Source: an uncultured Verrucomicrobiota bacterium (GTDB taxonomy: Bacteria > Verrucomicrobiota > Verrucomicrobiia > Palsa-1439 > CAYGDP01). Taken from it: DNA of 64,000 nt. Position numbers and translations under genes: made by a program. Positions 39,479-53,349 of this stretch are shown here, one piece after another (position 1 is the stretch's first letter; each line of letters opens with the position of its first letter). The notes under the pieces are model-generated. The model searched no databases. It saw only the letters and a list, made by a program, of their open reading frames with translations, and was not told the origin of the DNA. Location: the NCBI GenBank assembly GCA_964348665.1, contig CAYGDP010000023.1:1309-65308 (forward strand). Reading direction: 5' to 3'.

Positions 39479-41172
39479 TGAGAACGACTCGATTGTATTT
39501 ATTGGTGGCCGTTTGCAGTGTGGCGGCGCCGGTGCTTGCGCAAAATCGTCTGCCGAAAGGCGCTTTCACTGACTTTAATGTTCCGGAGGAAGATGAACAG
39601 GGGAATCTCCGATGGAACCTGCACGGCGACCGCGGTCGGATGCGCTCGGAAAATCTCGTCGAATTGGAAGGTGTCAAAGTTGAGTTTTATCGCGATGGCA
39701 AAGTGGACATGACGGTGACGACGACCGGCTGTCTTTTTGATCGTCGGGAAAAACAAGCCACGACGGACGGCACGGTGGAGATTCAGGCAGGCAACTATCA
39801 GATTACGGGGCGCGGATTGGAATGGCAGTCGGGGAAAAGTCTGGTGCAGATGAATCGGGACGTCAAAATTGTTTTGCCGCATGGTTTGAAAACGACTGCG
39901 GGCGTCGTGCCGGCTGCGGATGCGCCGAAGATCCCGACGGTGATCACGTCTGAGCGGGGCGCGTTTGACACCTCACGACGCGTTGTGACGCTGGAAGGCA
40001 AAGTGGTCGTGGAAGATCTGGAAATGAAACTGCGCGCGGACAAAATGTTGGTGACATTCGCCGGTGACAATCAGGCGCAGCAGATCGAAGCGACTGGCAA
40101 CGTGGAGATCCAGCAGAAGGACATCGCTGCGCGCGGCGAGCGGGCGATGTATACGCGGGTGGATGGCAAGATGGTTTTGACGGGCAATCCCACTGTGAAA
40201 CAGCCGCAATGGAAGGTGGATGGAACCGAGATCGTATTTTTTCATGAGCAACAACTTGTCATCTGCCAGCAAGTTCGGCTCTTTCTGGAGCAGGGAGCGG
40301 CGGGACTCACGGCGAAGCCAGACCCGGCCAAGCCGATGACATTTGTTGTGGCGGAACATGGCGCATTTGACCCCAAGACACGGACGGCCGCCCTGGAAGG
40401 AAATGTCGTCGTGACGGATCCGCAGATGGTTTTGACGGCGAAGCGATTGAATTTGACTTTGGATGAGAAAAGCGAGGTCTCCCGGATTGATGCGATGGGT
40501 GGGGTGGTGATGAAGCAGATGGAGAAAACCGCTCGGGGCGAGCGCGCGGTGTACACCCGGTCGGATGGTCGAGTGGTGCTCACCGGTGACCCATCGGTCA
40601 CAGATTCGCAGGGTAACGTTCGGGGGGAAGAAATCGTTTTCAATAAGGACTCGGACACGATGGTCGTGGAGCGATGCGTGTTGACTTTGCAGGAAACTGC
40701 GGCGGGCGCGACGGCATTATTGCCAGACCAGCCAAATGTTCCGGCGAAAAAAGGACCGACGGTAGTTCGGGCTGGACGAGGGACGTTCGCCGGGCAAAAG
40801 CGGACAGCGCGATTCGATCAAAACGTCGCGGTGGATGCTCCCGATATGCAACTCACGGCGACGACGATGGATGTTATATTCGACGACAAACAGGCGATCA
40901 TGCGCCTCGAGGCGGATGGCGACGTGCGAATTACGCAGCAGGGCAAATCCGCGCGCGGCGATCACGCAGTCTACACGCCTCGCGATGGAAACGTGGCGTT
41001 GACGGGTCGCACGTGGATCGAGATGGCGGATGGATCGGTTGAATGTGAAACTATCACCTACAATCGCACCACGCAAAAATTTATATTTTCCGGCAATGCC
41101 CGCCTCACAATCAAAGGCGGCGCTGCCAGTATTCCCAATCTGCTTCCCAAAAAGGAGGCAGCGAAACCATGA
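39475..41172 (+). CDS. Periplasmic LptC/LptA (OstA-like) protein carrying about four tandem OstA-type jelly-roll repeats in one 565-aa polypeptide
   Basis: Signal 'MMRTTRLYLLVAVCSVAAPVLAQ'. Repeated 'RG..A.YT..DG.V.LTG...V....' units occur at least three times (e.g. 'ARGERAMYTRVDGKMVLTGNPTV', 'ARGERAVYTRSDGRVVLTGDPSV', 'ARGDHAVYTPRDGNVALTGRTWI'). Sits immediately upstream of lptB. Confidence 0.65.
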   Translation: MMRTTRLYLLVAVCSVAAPVLAQNRLPKGAFTDFNVPEEDEQGNLRWNLHGDRGRMRSENLVELEGVKVEFYRDGKVDMTVTTTGCLFDRREKQATTDGTVEIQAGNYQITGRGLEWQSGKSLVQMNRDVKIVLPHGLKTTAGVVPAADAPKIPTVITSERGAFDTSRRVVTLEGKVVVEDLEMKLRADKMLVTFAGDNQAQQIEATGNVEIQQKDIAARGERAMYTRVDGKMVLTGNPTVKQPQWKVDGTEIVFFHEQQLVICQQVRLFLEQGAAGLTAKPDPAKPMTFVVAEHGAFDPKTRTAALEGNVVVTDPQMVLTAKRLNLTLDEKSEVSRIDAMGGVVMKQMEKTARGERAVYTRSDGRVVLTGDPSVTDSQGNVRGEEIVFNKDSDTMVVERCVLTLQETAAGATALLPDQPNVPAKKGPTVVRAGRGTFAGQKRTARFDQNVAVDAPDMQLTATTMDVIFDDKQAIMRLEADGDVRITQQGKSARGDHAVYTPRDGNVALTGRTWIEMADGSVECETITYNRTTQKFIFSGNARLTIKGGAASIPNLLPKKEAAKP

Positions 41173-41912
41173 AAGCGCTGCGAACGGCATCCCTCGTGAA
41201 AGAATACCGTCCGTGGTTGAGCCGGAACGGTGGGCGCCGGGTTGTGGATGGCGTGGATGTAAAGGTGAACCGCGGCGAAGTGGTCGGATTACTCGGACCG
41301 AACGGGGCGGGGAAGACGACGAGTTTTTACATGATCGTTGGGCTGGTACGACCGACAGCGGGGCGCGTTTTTCTGGGTGACGAAGACATTACCGATTGGC
41401 CGATGTACCGGCGCGCCCGGCGCGGGGTGGGGTATTTGTCACAGGAACCATCCGTCTTTCGAAAGTTATCTGTGGAACAGAATCTCGACGCTATTTTGGA
41501 GACGCTGACAATATCACAGGAAGAACAACGAGGGCGTCGGGAGCGGCTATTGACCGATTTGAATCTTGTTGGCGTGCGAACGCAAATGGCATATACCTTA
41601 AGCGGCGGTGAACGGCGCCGGCTGGAAATCGCGAGGGCGTTGACGACCGAGCCGGAATTTTTGCTGCTGGATGAACCGTTTAGCGGCATTGATCCGATTC
41701 GAGTCAGCGAGATTCAGCAAATTATATTGGCGCTCAAGAAGAAGGGGTTGGGTATATTGATGACTGACCACAATGTTCGGGAGACGTTATCGGTGGTGGA
41801 CCGGGCGTATTTGATTTGTGAGGGGCGGGTGGAACGGGAGGGGACGAGTGATTTTTTGATGAACGACCCGAAGAGCCGCGAGATTTATCTCGGACCGCGG
41901 TTTCGGATGTGA
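41169..41912 (+). CDS. lptB: LPS export ABC transporter ATP-binding protein
   Basis: Walker A 'GPNGAGKTT', signature 'LSGGERRRLEIARAL', Walker B 'LLLDEPFSGIDP'. Operon position after lptA-like. Confidence 0.9.
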   Translation: MKALRTASLVKEYRPWLSRNGGRRVVDGVDVKVNRGEVVGLLGPNGAGKTTSFYMIVGLVRPTAGRVFLGDEDITDWPMYRRARRGVGYLSQEPSVFRKLSVEQNLDAILETLTISQEEQRGRRERLLTDLNLVGVRTQMAYTLSGGERRRLEIARALTTEPEFLLLDEPFSGIDPIRVSEIQQIILALKKKGLGILMTDHNVRETLSVVDRAYLICEGRVEREGTSDFLMNDPKSREIYLGPRFRM

Positions 41913-41929
41913 TCAAGAAAGGAGCAACG

Positions 41930-42511
41930 ATGCATACCGCACAAGAAGAAATCGCAGTGATCGTGACTGGCCGTCATCTTGCGGTGACCGAGCCGATCAA
42001 GGAGTACGCGCACAAAAAAATCGAACATCTGGGGCTGGAATTTCCGCGGGTGATTGAGGCCCGATTCATCCTCGATGTGGACCGTCACCATTCGCACCGG
42101 CACATCGCCGAGTTGATCCTCCACTGCGCCAATCACATCACCATCGAGGCAAAGGAGGAATCGGATGATCTGTATGCCTCGATTGATGGCGTAATTGACA
42201 AGGCGCGCCGCCGGATGGCGAAAGCGAAAGCCAAAATTCAGCGCCACAAACCGCGCCGAGCGAAGAGTTTCGAGGTGGATTTGCAAGTGCTCAAGCCCGG
42301 TGGTGAGGACGAAGAAGAACGGAGTGATGAGCCAAAAGTCGTGTTGACCGAGAAATTTGCCATCAAACCGATGTTTGTGGATGAAGCGGTCATGCAACTG
42401 GAGGTCTCTCATGATCAGTTTCTCGTCTTTCTCAATGCCGAGTCGGAAAAAGTCAACGTCCTCTATCGCCGAAAGAGCGGCAATTATGGGCTGATTCAGC
42501 CGACGCTTTAG
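41930..42511 (+). CDS. hpf: Ribosome hibernation-promoting factor (long HPF with C-terminal dimerisation domain)
   Basis: 'VIVTGRHLAVTEPIKEYAHKKIEHL' N-terminal YfiA fold and a C-terminal extension. RBS AAAGGAG lies before ATG 41930. Confidence 0.85.
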   Translation: MHTAQEEIAVIVTGRHLAVTEPIKEYAHKKIEHLGLEFPRVIEARFILDVDRHHSHRHIAELILHCANHITIEAKEESDDLYASIDGVIDKARRRMAKAKAKIQRHKPRRAKSFEVDLQVLKPGGEDEEERSDEPKVVLTEKFAIKPMFVDEAVMQLEVSHDQFLVFLNAESEKVNVLYRRKSGNYGLIQPTL

Positions 42512-42514
42512 TTC

Positions 42515-43492
42515 ATGAGCGCGAAAAGCCGATCCAAAATCACGGCGCCGGCCGTTACGGTCGAGCGTTTTTTCCAGCAGCATGCTGGCGCGTTGGGACT
42601 AAAACTCCTGGCTGGCAGCTCGGGTTTTCGCCGTCGCATCAACGAAGGCGCAGTCAACCGCCCCGGCCTGAAATTGGCTGGATTTCGCAAGTACTTCGCG
42701 TTTCGCCGGATCCAAATCATCGGCGATGGCGAGGTGACCTATCTCAAGTCACTCCGCCGCGATGTGCGGCTGCGCCGGATTGAGTCGTTGTTTCAAGCAA
42801 AAATTCCGTGCCTGATTTTTGCCCGTAATTTGAATCCACCGCCGGAATTGCTCGAACAGGCAGAACAATATCGCACCGCTGTGTTCAAGTCGCCGATGAT
42901 CACGATGGACTTGATCAATAAAGCTACGCTACTGCTCGATATGGAATTTTCGCCGCGCACCACCGAGCACGGCACGATGGTGGATATCTTCGGCATCGGC
43001 GTGTTGATCAAAGGCGAAAGCGGGATCGGCAAAAGCGAGACGGCCCTCGCGCTTCTCGAACGAGGCTACAGTCTCGTCAGCGACGATATCACCAGGCTCT
43101 ATGTTCTCGACGGACGCGAACTGATGGGCACATCGTCCGATTTAACGCAATATCACATGGAAGTACGGGGCTTGGGTATCATCAATGTCGCTCAAATTTT
43201 CGGGGTGCGTTCCATTCGTAATGAAAAACGGGTGGATTTGGTCGTGACGCTTAAGGAGTGGAACGATGTGAAAGACATTGACCGACTTGGCGCCGAGCGC
43301 GCGAATTATGAGATTCTCAGGATTAAAGTGCCACAAGTAATCATTCCTGTGCGGCCGGGGCGGGATATTGCGCAACTGATCGAGGTCGCTGCGCTCGATC
43401 AGAAGCTCAAAAGCATGGGACACAACTCGGCCAAGGAGCTAAATGCGCGTTTGCTGGAGCGGATGCGAACCAAGGCCCCCTCGCAATCGTGA
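42515..43492 (+). CDS. hprK: HPr kinase/phosphorylase
   Basis: P-loop 'GESGIGKSETALALLERGYSLVSDD' and 'MEVRGLGIINV'. Confidence 0.9.
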   Translation: MSAKSRSKITAPAVTVERFFQQHAGALGLKLLAGSSGFRRRINEGAVNRPGLKLAGFRKYFAFRRIQIIGDGEVTYLKSLRRDVRLRRIESLFQAKIPCLIFARNLNPPPELLEQAEQYRTAVFKSPMITMDLINKATLLLDMEFSPRTTEHGTMVDIFGIGVLIKGESGIGKSETALALLERGYSLVSDDITRLYVLDGRELMGTSSDLTQYHMEVRGLGIINVAQIFGVRSIRNEKRVDLVVTLKEWNDVKDIDRLGAERANYEILRIKVPQVIIPVRPGRDIAQLIEVAALDQKLKSMGHNSAKELNARLLERMRTKAPSQS

Positions 43493-43781
43493 CCACCAAA
43501 CGCACCACGCGCCCAGAAGAGGTTGTTCGCGAGCTGACGATCGTGAACAAGTTGGGATTACATCAGCGCCCGGCAGCTGCGTTCGTGAGGATCGCCAGCA
43601 AGTTCGAAGCGGAGGTTGTCGTCGAAAAAGACGGTGAAGAAGTCAATGGGAAGAGCATCCTCGGAATGCTTACGCTCGCGGCCAGTTGTGGCGAAACGAT
43701 CAAGATCACCACACGCGGACGTGATGCGGATGAAGCGATGAAGGCGTTGGAAGAACTGGTCGCCAGCAAGTTCGGAGAAGA

Positions 43782-43785
<4 letters not shown>
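43489..43785 (+). CDS. ptsH: Phosphocarrier protein HPr
   Basis: 'GLHQRPAAAFV' (His-15 region) and the regulatory 'GKSILGMLTL' (Ser-46 region). Confidence 0.8.
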
Positions 43786-47523
<3,738 letters not shown>

Positions 47524-47542
47524 CCTGTGCAAATTGTTCTGG

Positions 47543-50500
47543 TTAAGCTTGCGTTACGGCTTTGGCAAGGTTGGAAACGATATCGTTGTGGATAAGCGCG
47601 AGGTGGAGAGGGGAATTGGCTGTGGCAGATTCCGGCAATGGCGGTGCTATAAACTGAAACTGTGCAGGTAAGAGGTTGATCACATTTGCGAATCCCGAGC
47701 CCCTTTGTAAAGTAGTCACGCCGTCGGCTTCGGCGACTTTCCCGAGCTTTACCGAGCCAGTGAGGGTGCTGCTTTGAGGCACTACATTCGATAGTTGCAG
47801 CTCTTGGACTTCGCCATTAGTCTGCATGGTTAGACGCATCAAGCCTCCACCTTTCAGTGTTAGGGCAACTGAGTCGCGATTGCTATCGCTGTACTTGATT
47901 TTTGTGCCGAGGCCTAGAATGATGCCGAAGTTTCCACCTGCAACAAAATCGCCAGAAGGAAAGGAACCACCAAATTCTCCGTCGAGCCGGTCTCCTTCGA
48001 TATCAGTGACCGAATCGAGAATTGAGTAACGGATGAGACGACCTTGCTTGATCGTTTTCAAGGGGGTTAGAGTTACGGTACGCGCAGTAGGGTCATAGGT
48101 GATTGTGGCTATAGCCGTGGCGATATCATCGGCAGTTCCTAGCAGCTTATCGGTTCCCGCATTAAACACCCCGAAGTTGAAAGGGTTTTGGGCAGTTGCG
48201 GGATCGAGTGCTTCGCTGAAACGAATTACTACTTTGCTTATGTTTTTCTTTGCAGTAAGAAAATCCACAGCGACGAGAAACGGTCCGGTATCTACGATGT
48301 TAGCAGTTGCGTCGGTAGAATTATTGGTTAGGTTCGGATCAATTTCCCCTGCTTGAACTTGTGCTGTAAAAGACAGATCTCCTTCTTCCGTCGGAATGAG
48401 GGTGAGGCTAATATCGGACGAATTACCGGCGGTTACAGTACCCATATTGCAGGTGACCACTGAACCAATTGAATTGCATAATACAGATGGAGTTGAAGAA
48501 AGAAAGGTCAGGGTCGTTGGCAATACTGCCAAAAACTCCACAGACAAGCCGGGTTCTGGTCCGCTGTTTTGGACGTGGAATGAGTACGTAACGGGCGCTC
48601 CCACGCGGCTTGGACTGGGAGGCACCATTACAGCCAGGGCGAGATCGGATACCGCGTCCGTGTCCGCCATCTGGAGAATAGGCACTACACGGATTTGCCC
48701 TGTCGCCAGGAAACCACTCGACTCCGCTCCAAACTCTTTGTCGTTCAATTGGGCTACTACTTGGACGAGATGGTCACTGTTGAGACCGGTCAGTTGAAGC
48801 TCGAACGGCATATCCACGGGATTCGGTAGCCAACCGATGCCATCTTCGTTGCCCATATAGAAACTTCCGGGTATTTCGGTCAGAACACCAGTGGCAGAGC
48901 TGTATCCCAATCGTCTGCCGACCGCATCCACCAAAAATCCCTCGACCGGATCGAAGAAAACTGTGAGGAATGACCTCAGAACGGTGAGTCCGGCGGTGGC
49001 TGTTGAATTGAGCAAGTTGGATGAAAATGGATCGCCTTGAATAGTTAGCCCCAATTGGATCATGATACGACTCTGCACATCCAGATTGGAGACCATTCCC
49101 GTGTGCGTAACATCTGTAAACCGTGCTTCTTCTAGCTTGGGGTTGGTTGGGAACAAACCTGCAGCCGAAATGGTTGGAACCGTTTCGTCTCCGCTGTTTG
49201 TAGCTGTGATATCATCGAAAAACACTGTGCTGAAACTTAGAACGGGGTTACTGATTATGTCGGTAAACGGCAACACACAGCACCCCGGACCTGTTTTTTG
49301 CTCGACCTCGGTTGGAGTTTCTTGACCGGTCCCGATTACATTCAGGATCGATCCAAGAATGTTGTCGAGAACAAGCTGCGGTCCACCGTTTGCATTGAGA
49401 TCTAGCAATAAGCTGTTACGGTCGGCCGGCCGATCATTGACGTCTACAACTGTGTCGCCAATTCTCAAGAATGGATAGGTTGCCAGCAAGGCTCGTATGG
49501 TAGGAACGTATTTTTCAATAAAAAGAATAGGGTCGGGTTCTTGAGTTGTTGGATTTGTGATGGATACTATTGTAATATCTTCGTCTGTACCATCGATTGT
49601 TTCACCTTCCAGAACTTTCTCGTAGGCGTGATTAATGATTTTGGAAAAGACGAACCGATTGGTAGAGTCAAAATTCCAGTTGTCATGGAGCGGGTTCCAT
49701 GCTTTCGAAGCGCCGAGGTTTGGCACACCTAGCATAATAAAGTTCCGCACCCGAGGCAGGTTTACCGTCTCGCCAGAGGAAAGCACAAATTCACCCCCGT
49801 AGCCATCACTCTGGAAATAAGAACGGGAAACAAGTCCGCCAGTACTGTGGGAAATGATATTGACCTCTTCGAGCGGTTCGGACGGAAATCGCGCGTGCCA
49901 TGATTGCACCGCTTGTTTCAACCAAAACCCGAGATAATCCATACCAAAGACAAACTGGTCGGCAGTGATGTCTATTGCAGAACGAGTGATCGTGCCGTCC
50001 TGTGCCGCTTCGATTGGTCCCGGCAGGAGCCTCCAGTCGTAATTTGCGGAGAAGATGTCAAAATTATCCGTGTAACCTATATTTCGGAAGGTTTGAATCA
50101 AATCATCATAGACTCGCAAAAGCGGATCGATCAGCAGATCTTCGGGACGGACACCGCGATGTCGAAGCCAAAACGGATACTCGCTGGAGCGAGGGAAGGT
50201 CGCACCGATGCCAGGAACAATCAGCACTGGGGCGCGCGGTGGGCTGAACTCGGACGTGTTACCATCAGGATCAATAGCAGTGGCAGATATAAATTCATCA
50301 GAAACTAATTCAACACCAAAATTCAGCGAAAAAGTTACCGTCCCATCGTCGTCAGTAAGTTGAACCGTTGATCCTAGGAAACGGGATGAACCCCCTTGAT
50401 TGTTTGTATCAGCAGATTGAATGGCAAACACCTCAATCGTATAGGCAGTGTTGGGAGCGCTCTCGAGGAGCCATCGAGTTTCAGTCAGTCCCGGTGACTG

Positions 50501-52939
50501 GCGGATTTGTGTCAAAACAGGAAAATTCTGCTGGAGATTGGAATCGAGATCGGCGTCCAGTGGGTCATTATCAGTACGTCCGTCCCCTCCCAAGTCAATG
50601 CGCATCAGCTCGTTGGAGAAGATGCGATTACGAGTGATCAGATTTCGATTGCCGAACTGGACAACGACACCTTCCGCTTGATTGAATGCGATACTATTTG
50701 CGGCTCCGTCTTCGGTCCCGCCGACGGTGTTCAAACTTGCGCCTTCACCAATAAAAATACCAGGGCCGATATTTCCCAGCGGTGATAGGCCATTGAGTTG
50801 GATGCCAATGAAGTTACCTTGGAGGAAATTGTTAGTTGCGCTCGCGCCGATAATCTTTATACCACCCATTCCGTTTGATGAAATCACGTTGCGAGAGCCT
50901 GAAACTGTGCCGCCGATGAAGTTTTCAGGAGCATTTTCGATAACCACACCTCCAGCTTCATTTTGGAGGTCGGATGTGCCAGTGGCATTCGTGCCGATGA
51001 GATTGCCTAGCACGACATTACCGCTAGCATCGGCGCCGAAAATCAGGACGCCAATCTCCTGATTGCCAGCAATGACGTTACCAGATTGGGAAGCAATTCC
51101 ACCAATGGTATTATTCGGTGCGCCATTTATCGAGATGCCTAGCCGGTTGCTCAAGGGAAGATTCCCTTCATTATCGGTGCCGATATAATTGTTCGATACC
51201 AGATTTCCACTGGCAGTATTGCCTTGGATTACCACGCCGAATAATTCATTGCCGGAAATTACGTTGCTGACAATTGCTGCGTTGCCTCCAATCGAGTTCC
51301 CGGAAGACTCTTCGATTCTTACCCCGTCACCGCTATTTCCCAAGTCCATCTCACCGGTCGGATTAGTTCCAATAAAATTGCCATGCACGACATTCCCAGT
51401 GGCGAGGTCGCCTCGGATCTCCACACCGCTTCCTTTGTTGCCTGAGATCGTGTTGGTGGAGCTCAGAGATCCTCCACCAATCGTATTGTGGGGCGCATTG
51501 GAAATGAAGACGCCGTCCATATTGTTTGGCAAGATGGCAACTGCAGGCGAGTCGCCAGCGATAACGAAATCTGTCTGTCCCACGTTGATTCCCAAGTAAT
51601 TCCTCTGAATAAGATTTCCTGTCGCTGATCCACCGACGATTTCGATTCCATGCTGGTCGTTTCCGGAAATCAGATTGCCAGACCGAAGCGCAGTTCCTCC
51701 GATGGTGTTGTTTGGTGCGTTGCCAATGATAATACCGGACAGGGAATTACCACGGTCGATCGTTCCCGACGAGTCTGTTCCAATGAAATTCCCCATGATT
51801 ACATTCGCACCGGTCTGTGTTCCAGTAATGAAGACGCCTGCTTCGAGATTACTCGAGATAATATTTCCTGCTCCCGCCTCGACTCCCCCAATAGTGTTGT
51901 TGACAGCCGATTCACCCAGTCGTACACCGCTAAAGTGATTGGGCAATGGGTCATTCCCATTCAAACTCAAGCCGATCCAGTTTCCCATCACCTTATTGCC
52001 GAACGCATCGTTGTGTATTCCAACGCCGTTGGCAAAATTGCCGGCGATCAAGTTACGCAACTGGGAATCAGCTCCACCGACAGTGTTGTTATTGGCTGTG
52101 TCTATATGCACACCGTCAAAACCATTTCCAATTGGTTGTGTTCCCAAAATATTTATTCCCACCAGGTTGCCAACCACCACGTTGCTGTTCCCTTCGATAA
52201 TCTCGATTCCGCTCTCGCCATTACCCGAGATCAGGTTTCGAGCTGCGGGAACTGCTCCGCCAATCGTATTATTGTCCGAGACCACGAGAACGCCAACCCC
52301 ACCATTTCCACGATCCTGAGCGCCAGTAATATCGGTCCCAATGTAGTTACCATGGACAGTATGCCCACCACTTCCAAACAACAGTATACCTGCCCCGCCA
52401 AAGCGGTTGATGACCAAACCCGTCACGGTACTACTACTGCCCGAAAGAGCCAATCCTGTCGGGGTCGGTACATCCAGGATGGCTGACCCATCCAGCTCGA
52501 TGATCGGCGTGACATTGAATCCCGGCTGGGTCTGGCCGTCAATTAACACAGGTTGGCTAACGGTCGGTAATAGGCTCAACGGGCGAATGGTCTGCTGGCC
52601 TGTAGCGATGCTAAATTCGATGGTGTCGAGAAATCCATCTGCATTGGCTTCCTGAATCGCTGCCCTCAATGTACAGATATTGCTTGGAGGAATGGGCGGT
52701 TCTGCTTCAGGATTACTAGCCGTATCGCAAATCCCATCCCCGAGTAAGCTGTCGCCTAAATCGGCTGTGGAATTTACTGTAAAGATAGAGGGTGTTGCAC
52801 GATTTTCCAACCACTCGGCCACCAAAACTACGGAACTGATGGATGTTTGTGAACTAGGACACTCGGTCCGCGTACTTGGAAACGGCTTGCCTCTCCGCTT
52901 CGCAGCACGTCGCCTTCGAAATAGGGTTTGCCAATTCAC
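47543..52939 (-). CDS. Giant secreted multidomain protein (1798 aa). It has a PVC-type N-terminus with a CSLREA-like motif, about 25 right-handed parallel beta-helix repeats, an alpha/beta-hydrolase lipase-like domain (GHSxG), and C-terminal DUF11/Ig-like repeats.
   Basis: 'LENRATPS...TVNSTAD...CTLRAAIQEAN'. Numerous 'N.IGG../GN...GI' repeats. 'IISHSTGGLVSR' nucleophile elbow. 'TYSFHVQNSGPEPGLSVEFLAVLPTTLTFLSS' DUF11-like. GC is lower than in neighbours. Confidence 0.8.
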   Translation of the reverse strand: MNWQTLFRRRRAAKRRGKPFPSTRTECPSSQTSISSVVLVAEWLENRATPSIFTVNSTADLGDSLLGDGICDTASNPEAEPPIPPSNICTLRAAIQEANADGFLDTIEFSIATGQQTIRPLSLLPTVSQPVLIDGQTQPGFNVTPIIELDGSAILDVPTPTGLALSGSSSTVTGLVINRFGGAGILLFGSGGHTVHGNYIGTDITGAQDRGNGGVGVLVVSDNNTIGGAVPAARNLISGNGESGIEIIEGNSNVVVGNLVGINILGTQPIGNGFDGVHIDTANNNTVGGADSQLRNLIAGNFANGVGIHNDAFGNKVMGNWIGLSLNGNDPLPNHFSGVRLGESAVNNTIGGVEAGAGNIISSNLEAGVFITGTQTGANVIMGNFIGTDSSGTIDRGNSLSGIIIGNAPNNTIGGTALRSGNLISGNDQHGIEIVGGSATGNLIQRNYLGINVGQTDFVIAGDSPAVAILPNNMDGVFISNAPHNTIGGGSLSSTNTISGNKGSGVEIRGDLATGNVVHGNFIGTNPTGEMDLGNSGDGVRIEESSGNSIGGNAAIVSNVISGNELFGVVIQGNTASGNLVSNNYIGTDNEGNLPLSNRLGISINGAPNNTIGGIASQSGNVIAGNQEIGVLIFGADASGNVVLGNLIGTNATGTSDLQNEAGGVVIENAPENFIGGTVSGSRNVISSNGMGGIKIIGASATNNFLQGNFIGIQLNGLSPLGNIGPGIFIGEGASLNTVGGTEDGAANSIAFNQAEGVVVQFGNRNLITRNRIFSNELMRIDLGGDGRTDNDPLDADLDSNLQQNFPVLTQIRQSPGLTETRWLLESAPNTAYTIEVFAIQSADTNNQGGSSRFLGSTVQLTDDDGTVTFSLNFGVELVSDEFISATAIDPDGNTSEFSPPRAPVLIVPGIGATFPRSSEYPFWLRHRGVRPEDLLIDPLLRVYDDLIQTFRNIGYTDNFDIFSANYDWRLLPGPIEAAQDGTITRSAIDITADQFVFGMDYLGFWLKQAVQSWHARFPSEPLEEVNIISHSTGGLVSRSYFQSDGYGGEFVLSSGETVNLPRVRNFIMLGVPNLGASKAWNPLHDNWNFDSTNRFVFSKIINHAYEKVLEGETIDGTDEDITIVSITNPTTQEPDPILFIEKYVPTIRALLATYPFLRIGDTVVDVNDRPADRNSLLLDLNANGGPQLVLDNILGSILNVIGTGQETPTEVEQKTGPGCCVLPFTDIISNPVLSFSTVFFDDITATNSGDETVPTISAAGLFPTNPKLEEARFTDVTHTGMVSNLDVQSRIMIQLGLTIQGDPFSSNLLNSTATAGLTVLRSFLTVFFDPVEGFLVDAVGRRLGYSSATGVLTEIPGSFYMGNEDGIGWLPNPVDMPFELQLTGLNSDHLVQVVAQLNDKEFGAESSGFLATGQIRVVPILQMADTDAVSDLALAVMVPPSPSRVGAPVTYSFHVQNSGPEPGLSVEFLAVLPTTLTFLSSTPSVLCNSIGSVVTCNMGTVTAGNSSDISLTLIPTEEGDLSFTAQVQAGEIDPNLTNNSTDATANIVDTGPFLVAVDFLTAKKNISKVVIRFSEALDPATAQNPFNFGVFNAGTDKLLGTADDIATAIATITYDPTARTVTLTPLKTIKQGRLIRYSILDSVTDIEGDRLDGEFGGSFPSGDFVAGGNFGIILGLGTKIKYSDSNRDSVALTLKGGGLMRLTMQTNGEVQELQLSNVVPQSSTLTGSVKLGKVAEADGVTTLQRGSGFANVINLLPAQFQFIAPPLPESATANSPLHLALIHNDIVSNLAKAVTQA

Positions 52940-53349
52940 TTTAATCGTTCCATTCAGAGGATAAACTAGCGAGTTGTTTGCCTAGAATTCAAGCTCAATA
53001 ATTCACGCCGAATGTAGCAATAATAGGACCGATCCTTTTATGGAGATTACACTGGCGTAAAATTCTGTCCCTCACATGCTTCGACGACAAATGCAAATGA
53101 GTTTCTCTAACCCGCGTGTGCCAGCTCGGGAATAATTCTCGTTGTCGTTCTTGTTAGTCGAAATTGAGATTGTAATTTCGTTCCTTTATGTATCAAAGGA
53201 ATTGATCGGTCGAAGGACGGTGGGGCAGGTGAAGCTTTGCGAGCGTTGCGCCAGACTGGTCAGGGAGCAATGCAGTAAGCCAAAGACTCATTGATTCGCT
53301 TGCACTCGTGCCCGGTTTTGTGATACGAAATCGCCATTGGAGGTTATTT

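Noticed and set aside
51650-52486. 278-aa plus-strand ORF and many 60-130-aa plus ORFs (47826..52964) inside the giant minus-strand gene
   Set aside because: They are antisense to the beta-helix repeat gene. Repeats create long open frames on both strands, and none has a start context or motifs.
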